NCBI GenBank assembly: GCA_051294905.1
Contig: CM119371.1
Location: 2,976,001 to 3,040,000, forward strand
From: Botryllus schlosseri
Lineage: Eukaryota
Direction: 5' to 3'
Length of the DNA: 64,000 nt
Within the stretch, counting starts at the first letter, position 1. Every line of letters starts with the position of its first letter. This document shows positions 1-12,431 of the stretch, piece by piece. The position numbers were made by a program, and so were the translations under genes. The notes beneath the pieces were generated by a model. That model did not search any database. It was not told the DNA's origin and was given only the letters and a program-made list of their open reading frames with translations.

Positions 1-348
1 ATGGTGAATACTAATTTATGCATACTTGACATTGTCAAGTGAAGTAGGTTTTGACGCACTTCAACGATGCCTTGCTTCAAAATTGATATGCAAGCTCACA
101 ATCAGCAGCGTGTGGGAGATCATGCCTGAATTTCCTACAACAATTATTCGTATTAGGTATGGGATATCAAATTAAACTATAATTCATGATTACGATGTGT
201 TATCACGTAACCCTGGTAACGACACTATGTCAGGCGTGAAACTGAAGCCCCATGATTTCTAGCGTTGGTAACGAATTGGACCTATTACGTGAATTGACCA
301 TTTCATTCAAAGTGATCGCGCTCATGTAATATACCTAATAAAACGTAT

Positions 349-579
349 CTAAGATACGATGCAACCAAACAATGACTCACAGTATAAAACTTCCAACTCA
401 ATATCGAGATCATTTGCAATCTTCCGGACTTTCTGCAATTCGTTTCCTTTCAACATATCATCTTTATCGTAATATATCAATGTTACTTTCTTCAAATTTG
501 AGTTGTTGACGAGAGACGAAATCTCATCTTGTGAAGGACGATATTCTTCTTCGAATATGCATCTGATATATTCGATCTG
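349..579 (-). CDS. probable terminal NLR exon (QIEYIRCIF...LKKVTLIYY...LFGCIVS*)
   Basis: Phase 0 after tttctcacag|, TAG stop at 349-351. An internal T|GTGAGT donor at 380 could instead lead to a further exon. Confidence 0.7.
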   Translation of the reverse strand, partial: QIEYIRCIFEEEYRPSQDEISSLVNNSNLKKVTLIYYDKDDMLKGNELQKVRKIANDLDIELEVLYCESLFGCIVS

Positions 580-681
580 CTGTGAGAAATTATGACTATT
601 AGTACTATGTCTTACAATTATGCTTACCACTGTGGTTGACTATTTGACAAGGGCCATGATGTTTTACAATATACTTTAGAT

Positions 682-2383
682 CATGGGTGTCAAACATACG
701 GCCCCACGGGCCGCATCCGGCCCGCTAGGATATTCTGAAAAAATGGCTGTATTATCAGGCACATTTCTGACAAATGTCGAGACTTTTACTACGAAACACT
801 TCCACTCTCCCAAGACAGAAAATGTCGAGCATGTTCATAGTAGAGGTCGACCGATATTGATTTTGACAGGCCGATACCGATATATACCGGTACACTCACA
901 AGGCTGATACCGATATCATAGGCCAATATTAATATAGAAGGAGCAGAGAACAATTTCACCAAAAATATTATATATTAAGCAAGAGAGCACTTGTTCATGC
1001 CACAGAAAGCAGAAAAAAAAACGAGAAAACTGAAATTGAAAAGAATTATTGCTTTATTGTAATTTGGGATAACCCAAAAAGCAAAACATGATACATAATT
1101 AGGGATTATTCCAGGAAAGGTAGATTGTAATGCAGAAAGCATATATTTTCTCTGCATGCTCACCCAGTTAAACTCGTCCTGCATGGGTAAATCTGTCATA
1201 TATCGCCCTTTGCGTTGTAGATTTCTTGCGATTGAAAAATCGGAGCATTGAATTTCCGAAATTTTTGAATTTTTTAAAAATATAAAATATCGGCCGCGAT
1301 ATTGACCTTCATAGGCCGATATCGATAAGCGGGAAAGCTCTAAATATCGGCCTCGATAATCGGCCATGTCGATAATCGGTCGACCTCTAGTTCATAGGCC
1401 AAATTATAACCATCCGACAGTGGTTTTGAGGTCACACTGTAGACACCATCAGCAACAAGTCAATGCAATTCACAATAGTGTTACCATATGCCCTCTTTTT
1501 TAAAGTGTTCTCGGCGCACGCACAAATGTCCTCTTCTTTGTGAATTGATCCTCTGTTTTGAAAATTTTGGTTTAATGTATGTGAACATTCAACTGAGAAA
1601 TTGGAAATAAGTACTGGAGTAACTGTCCGGCGGGTCTTTCGAGAGTTGAGCCAAATAGGTGACATCTTTTTTTATTCAATTAACTACAAACTTGGAATAA
1701 ATTTACCAATTTTTCCGGATTTTACTCCTGTATTGTGAATCTGAAATTTTTTCAAAAGGTGTCCTCTTTTCAGACTCCCAAAATATGATAACCCTAATTG
1801 ACACTCACTTCAGAGAAGGCGAAAATATGCTCAGTGAGTTCACACTTTTATGGAAAAACGGACCACAAAGTATAGTTATCTGCAGAAGTGGATAATATAA
1901 TTGTGACACCAAAATATAATTTAAATATCTGTGGTCGCACTTCCTTTGCGCTTATGACTCAACATCTCCTTGGCTCCTGGAGAAACCCTGGTCAGGATGT
2001 AAAAATGATGAACCAAATTTCAACGTCTACGTTTACAGTTAAATCGCTTGTATTCCTCACAACGCTAACACAGGATGGTCAGACTCCGACCAAAACAAAG
2101 CAAGCATACCAATTCGCCAACGTATATCGTTGGTCCGGCCATTCATCGTAATTTCGCCAATTTGGTTGTTTGCGAATAATAAAGGTATTGAGGGAATAGA
2201 ACCAGAGGGTCATGATATAACGTGATTATTATAATGTGTATAAGCTTTATAATCAAGTATTCAAGTGAAAAACAAGGGCATGGATTTTAAGGAAATATTT
2301 TGGAATCATTCGACTGATCCGGCCCGCGAGTGCTCTGAAAGTTTGACTCAGACCCGCGACGCTAGTTGAGTTTGACACCGCTG
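682..2383. mobile_element. hAT-type non-autonomous element (CA(T/G)GGGTGTCAAAC termini)
   Basis: Starts catgggtgtcaaac, ends gtttgacaccgctg; ggcccgc subterminal motifs; flanks CTTTAGAT/CTTTTGGT (6/8). Related copy at ~12570-13262. Confidence 0.7.
841..1389. mobile_element. hAT MITE (TAGAGGTCGACCGAT TIR) nested in the 682-2383 element
   Basis: 15-bp perfect TIRs; perfect 8-bp TSD GTTCATAG (833-840, 1390-1397); ccgata subrepeats. Confidence 0.92.
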
Positions 2384-2569
2384 CTTTTGGTTAACAAATT
2401 ATCGGGAAACACGAACTCCGCACTACGGTTGATATCTCGGTCATGGATATAAGTTAATTCATGTGGAGGGGACTCTTACTGTGCGGCAGAACTCTATGAT
2501 AAACGCGCGATGGCGGGAGAAGAACGTTCAATATATCCGATGCAACTAATACTGGATGATAAGTACTAC

Positions 2570-2737
2570 CTTCTTTTGCTGACAAGCTTCTAACGTCTTC
2601 CAGAATTCATCTGCTTCTCCAACGTAAAACATGGCATGGATATTGCCAAAAACGGAAATTGCTGTCCTGCGCTCCAAAATTTGGCTGTAATCCTGGACAG
2701 GTATCAGGCCATTCACGGCAATATCCAGGAGATCCAA
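2570..2737 (-). CDS. NLR degenerate-LRR exon (LDLLDIAVNG...KTLEACQQKK)
   Basis: cacattttag| acceptor, AAG|GTAGTA donor, 168 nt, phase 0-0. Confidence 0.75.
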
Positions 2738-2870
2738 CTAAAATGTGAAAACAGTTATTCCCAGACTTTAATATAGCCGCTGAAGGGATGATTGGGTTCG
2801 AAGTCATATAAAATGATAGGTAAATATAAACGCATTTAAAAATACTTAGGGAATAGAATCAGGATCGTAC

Positions 2871-2951
2871 TTGATACTTTTTCCAGCAAGTCTCAATCAA
2901 CGGCCAATCGATGTTTTCTTCTTCCGTGCAATTGAGCAGGATCTTGCTTAT
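2871..2951 (-). CDS. NLR degenerate-LRR exon (ISKILLNCTEEENIDWPLIETCWKKYQ)
   Basis: ttgtgttcag| acceptor, CAA|GTACGA donor, 81 nt, phase 0-0; not in the ORF track. Confidence 0.7.
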
Positions 2952-4740
2952 CTGAACACAATATTGATTTCATTAGGTAATATGACGTAATTGTCTTGAT
3001 GTTTTCTCATTTGAATAAATATTCATATTGATAAAGTTCAATACTGAGTCGTTAGAATTCTTCGGTTCTCCATAATGCATTTGCTACATCGGTTTCAGTC
3101 TCATTCCAGAGTTTGATATCTTTTAAAAATATACTTCTATCCATTGTACAAACGTATCATATAGAAGGTGGTGGTCAAACCAGTCACCGTCGTTACTCAA
3201 GTAGAAGTGAAAGTAGCGATATACAATTAAGTAAAATATAATTATTGTAGGCCTAGTTTCGCGTAAAAATGATAACTGCCTAATAGAAGTAGTCTGAAAT
3301 CTTAGCTACTTGAGTATGTAGGACAAGTAGATAAATCTACCTGAAGTACTACGACAAGTAGAAGTACTTCGTTACTGACCACCTCTAGACAAATGTTGTA
3401 AGGAACGCTGGATAGCCTATGTAGCGAAGTCGCTTATGTTTACGCAAAACATTGAATTTTACCCGAGCAGTAAAACATATACAGCATACCCTATTTTTAA
3501 TATTATCTACCTGCTTTCGAAACCTAGATTTTGAGCAGGCATTGTTGCTTTTCACCTCAAACTACGCCAATGCTTGAGCGCACATTGCGAGATGATCAGT
3601 AGCAATCTGCTTCTACTTCTTAAAAGTATGTGGTTGATGTAACGATTTCACTTATGAAATTGATGCAAAATTATACCAGAAACATGTACTGCACTCTAAA
3701 AATGATGTGGTCTCAAATTGAAGGGCAAAACGAAAACAAAAATTTGGCTCCAGCCATTTTCTTCAGAACGCCGCCGTAGTGAAGCTGCAATTTAATGAAA
3801 TTTCCGCAGGACCTTCACGCTTCAGCAGTCATGCAGAGATCGAACTTTATATAGTTGTCAGCCAATGTTATGAAGGAAATATGTCGTACACGTCAAGGTG
3901 GTTTAGATACCGCGTTCAACGGAAGATGCTCAGTGAGGAGATTTATGTCAAAATTGAGCCTAGTGTAATCTATTTCTTCAGGACAGAAATAGATGATGCT
4001 CAACAATTTCTGATGAATAAACAATATTTTATGCATAAGAATAAGACATGATTCTAGACTACTTTCACGCAAAATTGCTTACTTTTCACGGAATGGATTT
4101 TGAGAGATAGAAAGTGGGTTTGTGTTACGTTTGTATCACTGTGATGTGTGAAACCGTCTCAAGAAATCGCAATAGACATCATGGTAACTTGAATCTAATT
4201 TCCAAGATTATACAGATTTGCAATAATAATCATTTTTAGTTACTTGCAGAGACTCATCTCGTAATTTACAAAGTAACCGCTAGCGATAAATCACAAAACA
4301 CTTACGAGCGATCGACCAAAACTACTTTTCGAAAATCAAGTACTTTTCAAACTTGTCACTTTCTACCTCAACTTGAAGTAGTTTTAACACATCGTGGACA
4401 CATCTATTTTTCCATATAATTGCATATAAAATTAAAACGTATCTTCTACTCATCACGATGACCAAGGCTGACTACTTTCGCCACATCTACGTACAATCGA
4501 GACCCGACTCGCATTACTAGAGATGCAAGTAGAGTAGAAATTGAGAATGGAAGTTTTTGTCGAGCAGTGATGAGCGGATTTGAAATTTCAAAATACAAAT
4601 CCTCTTCAAATCCAGAATTAAATTTGTCTCAACTCCAAGTCCAAATCCGATAACGGCTGAAATTTGTCCAAAAGTATCATGGAAATTTAACAATATCAGG
4701 AAATATTTTACAATAATATTATAGGAAATGTATCTAATAC

Positions 4741-4896
4741 CTTCTCTAATTTACAATCAGATATCTTCCGCAAATCATCCAGCTTGGCCAACAATTGTTT
4801 TTGTTCATCGAATTTAAAAAATTCTGCATCAAAAAGTATTCCAAAAAATGCAACTTCTGCTACGCGAATAACGCGGTCGAAAGATAGATTGGAACC
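4741..4896 (-). CDS. NLR C-terminal region exon (GSNLSFDRVIRVAEVAFF...KISDCKLEK)
   Basis: ttttattttcacag| acceptor, AAG|GTATTA donor, 156 nt, only phase 0 is open. Confidence 0.7.
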
Positions 4897-5386
4897 CTGT
4901 GAAAATAAAATGTTGTCAGTTACGTCACAATCTGCACCAATAAGAAACACTCAGAGGCACGATCATACATGAGCAGATTATTGTTACTACTGAAGGCTAG
5001 TGCGGATGAAGCGATGGCTATGATGCGATGTGAAAGAAACACAATCCTTATATTTTTGAAAGATGTAGCCTAACATTTCGAATGGACTTGATCATCAAAG
5101 TACAGTGCCGACAATTTTTTTTAATAAATTCATCATGTAAAGACTCTTTACTTATAAAATCAGCACAAGTTGTTAGCTTACTATTCTCAACAAAAGCATC
5201 TCGTCTTCATGACGCTTCTGATTACGTCATAAGCTACATCCTGGCTATACTACACGGCAAGGTGATCGTTGTACGTGCCTAGTGTAGCTGGCAGCTTTGT
5301 ACAGTAAAGTCAGTGAAATGAGCGAAACTTCATTCGAATCATTAGTATGGACTCGTTATCAAAGTTGAATAATCTTGATATCAAAC

Positions 5387-5488
5387 CTTGATGGTGAAGT
5401 GCCCTTCAACCATTGTACCACTTATTGTGATGACGGCTTCTTCGTTCTTCAACTCAATCCCCCATATAGCTGCAGACAGCTTGACAAC
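5387..5488 (-). CDS. NLR C-terminal region exon (VVKLSAAIWGIELKNEEAVITISGTMVEGHFTIK)
   Basis: atattcag| acceptor, AAG|GTTTGA donor, 102 nt, phase 0-0, open. Confidence 0.6.
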
Positions 5489-6939
5489 CTGAATATTATG
5501 CAGATGTGAAACTTGAGATTGTGCATTGTATCGATCATCCAACAAATATCATGACGTCATATCTTACATACAGTAACAACCGCAGTTTCACAGATCATCA
5601 TGTCATTCATGTGCTATACTTCTTTGACACAGGTCACAGATTTCACTGACGTTTTTGCTGGTGGTGGTATTTTGCTAATTTAGTGGCTCGATATCTCCAA
5701 AAATACTTGTTTATATGAGGTAAGAAGTATAATGGCGCAATCCGCAGAAAAAGTATAATTATGGAGACGAAGATATTTTGGGCAATATAGTTGACCTTTA
5801 ATGAAATCGTAAGCACCCGGAACCGTATTCCTGCATTGACAAGAATTCATGAGCTATTTTCGTCTTTTTATTCGTAGCTCGAAAATGGACAGTTTCCTAT
5901 TGTTAGCATGTAAATCAGTATTACTATATGGAAATCATAGTGAGTCCTATATTACAAGGGAAATAAAACACTGCAGTCAAAAACGCTGTTATAATTAGTC
6001 CTGTGCACAGTGATTCGAGTGCTCAAATCTGAACCGAATATCAATTTTAATGATTCAGGACGAGCAGTAAAAGTCGATTTTCTCAAGTACTAAAATTGTG
6101 CATTCGTCGACACTGAAAGTGACTTTATTGACAAAAATTGTAGTTTTGACAGGATTTTTCACTTTTGAAGCCTTAAAATCACGATTGGTCGCATAGCAGC
6201 ATATCAAACATATCGTACTAAGCTACGAACGTTACTGAACTGACATATTTTCAAAGTCATGATCATCGCCCAAAATTGCCACAAACAGCAATGAAATTGG
6301 TATGTTCGAAAAATACCGAAGTATCTTTATTGTGATGCATAACAACAGTCATTATATTATTTAAGGCGATATAAAAGGTTCATATTTGAACTTTGACCTA
6401 TTATATTCTGTTATGACGTCATAACATAACGAGTGATACTCAAATAGTCTACTTGACTCTAAGCTTTATATGTGATCTAGAATCGAATCACTCAGATACT
6501 CGATTTTTCCCAGCCCTAGTTAATCAGTGAACAATTTCGCTATGCAATGTCAAAATCATTGTGTTGGCCTGAAAATCAGATGAGCACTTTGTTGATTAGC
6601 ACACTTTTGAATTTTGACGATGCTGACAATGTTACTTATTATTTAAGCAGTGCATTTTGTAGGGGCACGCAATCGTTTCCTAACGTAAATGTGACATAAT
6701 TTTTCAAAGACTGGCTGGTACCGATCACACCAATATCAAATTCCATTACATTGCATTCATTGTCAATGTAGTAGAAAGTTGATTTTTGTTGATGAGGTAG
6801 TGACATTAGCTCAACTCTCTTATTGCTGCCACTATGCTACGGCTTCGGGATGAAAGCAGAGTAGGACTGTTGAAAAAATTCTTCAGAACTCATTGGCTAT
6901 GTGATAAAATTCTTAGGTTGGTTAAAACAACGCTGTAAG

Positions 6940-7690
6940 CCAATTTTGGTTTCAAGTCCAACCAGTAGAATCAAGATTCTTGCTGTAAAAAATTTAAAAT
7001 TATAATTAAAAAAATATATTCTAGGTTTTTCTTTCAACCCCATAAAATTGTTAGGCAATCAGTAGTGATGATGCACACCAAATTTGGCTCAATTCCAACC
7101 GCTAGGAGCAAACTTATTGCCGTAGTAATATTTCCAATTCCGTGATTTTATAGGAAATAATTATAGCTTTCAATACAACATCCATTGTAGTACAATATTT
7201 AAACTCAAATACTTTTCGGCACAGTAAAGGGATTTAAATGGATTTAGAAGCAAAACCAAATCTGTTTAACTCCCTTCAGTGAGCCGTTAACTCTTGAAAG
7301 AGGCAACAAAAAGTCTTCGAGTTTAATAAATATTCTACTACAATGGATTTTGTATTGAAAGCTATATTCAAGTTCTGTACCACGAATCAGCTATTTGAAG
7401 AGTTAGCCACCGTGAAATTATTTTATTCGAATCCAATTTTTTTCTACCGCAATAACTTCGCTTCTAGTGGTTGGAATTGCGCCACATTTGGTGTGCATCG
7501 TCTGTACTGACAGCCCAACAAATTTACGTTGTTGACAAAAAAAAATTAAAATTTACTTTTTTAATGATAAATCCAAAATTTTCTACTGCAAGAATATCGC
7601 TTCTACTGGTTGCAATTGACCCAAAATTGGCGTGCAGCGTTGTTTTCGCCAGCCCAACAATTTTATAACATAGCCAAAGAAATCTGAAGG
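6940..7690. mobile_element. long hairpin MITE family
   Basis: Inverted arms, e.g. gatgcacaccaaatttggctcaattccaacc (~7070) vs ggttggaattgcgccacatttggtgtgcatc (~7470). Related pieces at ~29830, 45370-46430, 48620-49500 and 57360-57900. Ends approximate. Confidence 0.55.
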
Positions 7691-7720
7691 TTTTTTGAAC
7701 AGCCCTATTGCAGAGAATAT

Positions 7721-8023
7721 GGTCCGTGGACATATGAGCATGCGACATTACAGCATGCGAGACTTCGGCATGCGACAATTTGGCATGCGACACATGAGCA
7801 TGTGGCTTAAATTACGGGTTATGGGTAGGTTATGGTTGAATTTATGGTTGGGTTAGGGTTAGGATTTAGGTTAGGTTAGGCTAGGTTATGTTAGGTTAGG
7901 TTATGTTTCGGGTTAGGGTAAGCTTTTGGGTTATACAGTCACATGCTGAAGTGACGCATGCTGATGTGTTCCATGCTGAACTGTCGTTTTTCATTGTGTC
8001 GCATGCTCATATGTCGGGCAACA
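7721..8023. mobile_element. MULE-like MITE with a telomere-like (TTAGG/TTAGGG) core
   Basis: TIR core GACATATGAGCATGCGACA at both ends; 9-bp TSD AGAGAATAT (7712-7720, 8024-8032). Confidence 0.75.
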
Positions 8024-8373
8024 AGAGAATATATGTATAATGCTCTCTATCTTATAGGAATACACCGTAGGCTACTCTATAATTGAGATTACGATTTCAT
8101 TTCAGTGAATGATAGCTAATTTTATTCACTTTCGATTTCATTTTTGCGAGCGAGGCGGCCACAGTAGGATCAACTGTAATTTGTAATTAAGCTGCATGTA
8201 ATTAATTATATTTTTCATAATATTTTAATTGTCATTGAAGCATTTCTATTCTGTGTAATTGATACAAACTTGATAAAAATTTTACTAAATGCAACTTCAA
8301 TTGCATTGTTATTGAAACCTGACAATCACAACATAAAATGATTAGTACATTAACATGGATCTTCTCTGCGTAC

Positions 8374-8458
8374 CTCGTTAACTATTTCAGGCATACTAAA
8401 CCTTTTCCCATAGGCCAACTTCAGCTCCAACAGAAAACTTGGTGAATTACAATATAGG
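8374..8458 (-). CDS. candidate NLR internal exon (LYCNSPSFLLELKLAYGKRFSMPEIVNE)
   Basis: ttttgttcaatag| acceptor, GAG|GTACGC donor, open frame, phase 2-0. Confidence 0.45.
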
Positions 8459-9159
8459 CTATTGAACAAAACCTTACTATTTCATAAATGGACGAAAAGC
8501 AAATAAACTCTTCTGTAACCTGTGCTGAACCATTTCCTACACCACGGTCAGCGTTTTTTTTTAAGTCTCTTTCGAGTACTGAGGCTTGCTGCAACAATTG
8601 CAAAAAGAAATTCAAGTTTTCAACCAAGACTTCATCACGCTAGATCACACATTTCTAGAGATGTTATCCCAGTCTTACCCAATATTTTAGCTTAATTTAC
8701 TGGGGCCAGAACCTTTCCGCATCCTAATGTTCATCAAATGCAGTCTAACAGTTTTGAGCAAGTGAAAATGTAACTGCGAACCAAACTTTTGTAATTGGTA
8801 GTTATCAGGAGCTTCTTTACTTTTGCATTTATTTTAATTTTACACACCTTATCGGTATCATCCTTATTGCCGTACCAATTACATTTCATTCACCTTACTC
8901 AGCTCCGAGTATTCGTTTGAGTACATTTCATTGACTGTCTTGTATCCTATTCGCTATTAGTCGTTGCCAGTCGCTCGAACTTTTGATTGTTAGTAGTCGC
9001 TTATAAAAAATTATTTTTTTGTATTTTTCAGAGCTCATGATTAGGAATAGTTTGAATACGTTCAAGTTTTTTTTTCTAATTAAAGGGTATTCTGCGTAGT
9101 ACGAATCATGAACGAAACATGAATAGCTTGAGGTTGTTGCTAAATACGTCGCTACAGTT

Positions 9160-10131
9160 CAGTGTTGGGATCAAGTCACTACCTTCGAGTCACGAGTCAT
9201 CTCGAGTCATTGCACATTTTGACTCGTGTCAAGTAAAGTAAAATGATTTTCGAAGGTGACTCGAGTCAAGTCAAGTCACTCGTTTTTTGGATGTGACTCG
9301 ATTCACGTCAAGTCAAGTCAAGTCGAGTCACGAGTCAAGCCACAATTCAAGTGAAATTGAATTTTCAAAGTATCAGCGACGATTCAAAGTCATTACATTT
9401 TGCTAGATGTTAGAAAGACAGGTTAATTATCCATTTATCTTGCATCAAATAATGAATATAAAATTTTGTATGCATGCAAGAAGGCATTGTGTCAATCACG
9501 CACACGTAGACCCGCACAAAAATAGGCGACTAACTGTATAGCTATGTTACAGTCTGTTAATATCAGCCAATTGGGTCGAATACGAAGCCTCGAGAAGTTG
9601 TAACAAATTGATATGGTACAATACACTACCATCTACACATCCGTGAGAAAACAAACATATCAACTATATTCACCAGATTTAAATCATACTAGAGGGGTTG
9701 GTAAAGGTAATCAATGGGCCATGTTAGCACACGCTGTTGTTAAATTCTTCTTCTTCTATTATTACTACTACTACTACGACAACGTAACCTGTGATCATTT
9801 CGCTTGTGGTGAATGTATTTGTGATGCAATAATGGAGGATCATTCAAACGTACATTCATCTGAATGCCTGGTTACTTTCACAAGTGACACAAGCGTATCG
9901 CTAAAAATATGAACATACACAAAATACAGTGATTTAATTGATACCGTTTACTTGATGACTTGAAAATTGAATCGTAAATTTTGCTCAGAGTCACGAGTCA
10001 ATCCGCATTTTTGAAGCGCCAAGTCAAGGCAAGTCATTTCTGCAAATTGACTCGAGTCAAGTCAAGTCATACGAAAAATTTGACTCGAGTCTGACTTGAG
10101 TCAAGTAATGACTCGAGTCATCCAAACACTG
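9160..10131. mobile_element. hAT MITE rich in GACTCGAGTC (CAGTGTTGGG TIR family)
   Basis: TSD CTACAGTT/CTAAAGTT. Inverted shorter copy at 40699-41275 with TSD CCGGCAAC/CCGACAAC. Confidence 0.85.
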
Positions 10132-10554
10132 CTAAAGTTGTCAAAGAGCACCTCTCTAACGAATCAATCAGACTTTTACCAGTAATTGTAATTATAATTG
10201 TACTTACATGTTCAGCAGTAATTGTAATTGTAGTCTGGGTTCTAAAGACCCGAGTCACGATTTTCTGATGACTCGACTTAACTCGAGTCATTTTCGCAAA
10301 ATTCCGAAATGACTCGACTCAACTCGAGTCAATCTGTGTATTGATTCGACTTGGACTCGAGTCATTACGCACGACTCGAACCAAGTCATATGACTCGAGA
10401 CTCGCCAAGCCAAAACCGACATTTCATTGTAATTTCAAAGCATAGTAAAGTGACCACACTATTGGGATTTCGCCTATTGGTACTGGTAGGCTACTTGAAA
10501 ATGCGATCAAAAACTGCTACAAGTGAGGAAATTTAATATATTATGAATGCGAAC

Positions 10555-11846
10555 CAGGGCTTTGGAGCCGGAGCCGGAGCCGGAGCCCCGGAGCCGTGCA
10601 TTTTCACCGGAGCTGGAGCCGGAGCCGGAGCTCTACATAAAATTCAGCCGGAGCCGGAGCCGGAGCTGGAGCCCGTTATTTGAGGAGTAGCTCCGGCTCC
10701 GACCTATTTCATAGATGCTATTTTATATGCAACAACCACAGCATCTGCTGATTTATCATAATTGAACAGCAGGCCTGAATTTTAATGCTGTGCACAGCAA
10801 TGGCATAGAGAAAAGTGCGTATTAATGCAACTATGATGTTGTCGACAATTGACAAGTATTTATCATGACGTCACAAGCCGGCACGGCGGCACCTATATGT
10901 CTCCGTTGTTACATCGGATGTTACTGACGGCTGACAGACTCTAGATTACTATAGATAACTAACCTATGGGTGGATTAGTTATCTATATAGACCAGGAATG
11001 GCCAACCTTTTCGGCTAAAGGGGCCCATTTAATTGACGAACGAGTGCGCGGTCCACTAGCCGCGCCAAGCGGGTAAAATTTTCAAAGTTTATAAAATAAA
11101 CTAGGTCAATAATATTTTTACTTGAGTATATTGCGGGTCTATTGTATACCGCTCGCTAGGCTCAGTTTGCAAGGACACGACTATTTGGTGTCTGGCCACA
11201 TCGATATCGAAGGTCTCCGATAATATGCGACAATCATTTGTGCCTACATTTCACCGTCGACGATCTTTATGCGACCGCAAACGCTAAAATACGTTCTCCC
11301 GTAATTGCGAATACAGTTACACTCAATCGGGTAAATTAGGCGTTTTTATTTCATTTTCAGTAGGGGGTAGGCTACCAAGCAAGAAATCGTGTGACAATTG
11401 AACACGCGAAGCGTGAAGAAAAATTTCGCTTCTATTTTAGTTGATTGTGGGCCTAATGTACGACGATTTACTGAAAATGCGACTGGACCCTGGATCTGCC
11501 AATGCGTCGGAACTGATATTTCAGTCATCAATATCCCAAATGTCGCAGCCAGAATTGTAATTTTTGGTTGGCATTGCAAGTTCACAATCTGAACAATTAA
11601 TTTTGGATAAAATAATAGGAAATTACCTCGCGGGCCACGCAAAACCCTCTTGCGGGCCACATTTCCCCCGCGGGTTGGCCACTCCTGACATAGACAGGCC
11701 TATTCGATAATTTCAGAGCCGGAGCCGGAGCTGGAGCCGGAGCAGTGGTAATAATGCAGCTCCGGAGCTGGAGCCGGAGCTAATGTATGATAGAAGAAAG
11801 CTCCGGAGCTGGAGCAGTTTAAATTTACGGCTGCTCCAAAGCCCTG
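10555..11846. mobile_element. hAT MITE with (GGAGCC)n subterminal arrays
   Basis: CAGGGCTTTGGAGC TIRs; perfect TSD ATGCGAAC (10547-10554, 11847-11854). Confidence 0.92.
10993..11687. mobile_element. hAT MITE (CAGGAATGGCCAACC TIR); same family as 22531-23251, inverted
   Basis: TSD ATATAGAC/ACATAGAC; shared internal tcagttccgacgcattggcagatcc. Confidence 0.88.
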
Positions 11847-12333
11847 ATGCGAACCATTTGATATCAACAAACTGGGTTATAATAAGTGGGTTACCAAGAA
11901 TTTAACAAGAATCTGAGAATTCAACACAATGACTTGGACTCGAGTCATAATGCCATGACTCGGACTCCACCCTCTGATCGCTGACTTGGACTCGGTGGTG
12001 AATTGAAAATGACTCGACTTGACTCGAGTCAAAACTATGAAAATGAAATTAACTTGTTTCTCGGAGCCTTTGTGACTAGGTTACGACCCTGATGGTAGCT
12101 GTAATTTGATAATTTAGCATAGAGTTATTGTAATCATGTGTAATTAAAACATGCAAAAAAGTAATTGTAATTGAAATTGAATTCAATTAATTTAATCGAT
12201 TCAACTCTGGAGGTGGCCCTATAATTAAATCAATACAAAGTGCACGAAATTGCGCGTAGCGCCGAGAAAAAATTTCAGTAGCATAAATCTGCTATTATTT
12301 TTTATGTTTATTTGGAAAAGATTTTGAGCGTAC

Positions 12334-12431
12334 TTCAAGCCTTCAAAACTATGGACTTTGAGGTATATATTAAAATTTTCTTCCAGACACACCAACGTGA
12401 ACAATGAAATCCCGAACATGTCCCGTAAAAT
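12334..12431 (-). CDS. candidate NLR internal exon (ILRDMFGISLFTLVCLEENFNIYLKVHSFEGLK)
   Basis: Phase 0 start and phase 2 end (|GTACGC) bridge exon 16178 to exon 8458, giving SFEGLKNLYCNS. Acceptor is weak. Confidence 0.35.

Larger units (their letters stand above)
10235..12091. mobile_element. hAT MITE (CAGGGTTGTAA family) hosting two nested elements
   Basis: Homologous to the uninterrupted copy at 44793-45336; flanks ATTGTAGT/ATGGTAGC (6/8). Confidence 0.75.

Noticed and set aside
7524-7793. ORF MSHAKLSHAEVSHAVMSH...
   Set aside because: Derived from MITE terminal subrepeats.
7815-7930. True telomere or chromosome fusion site
   Set aside because: Short, degenerate, and enclosed by TIRs and a TSD.
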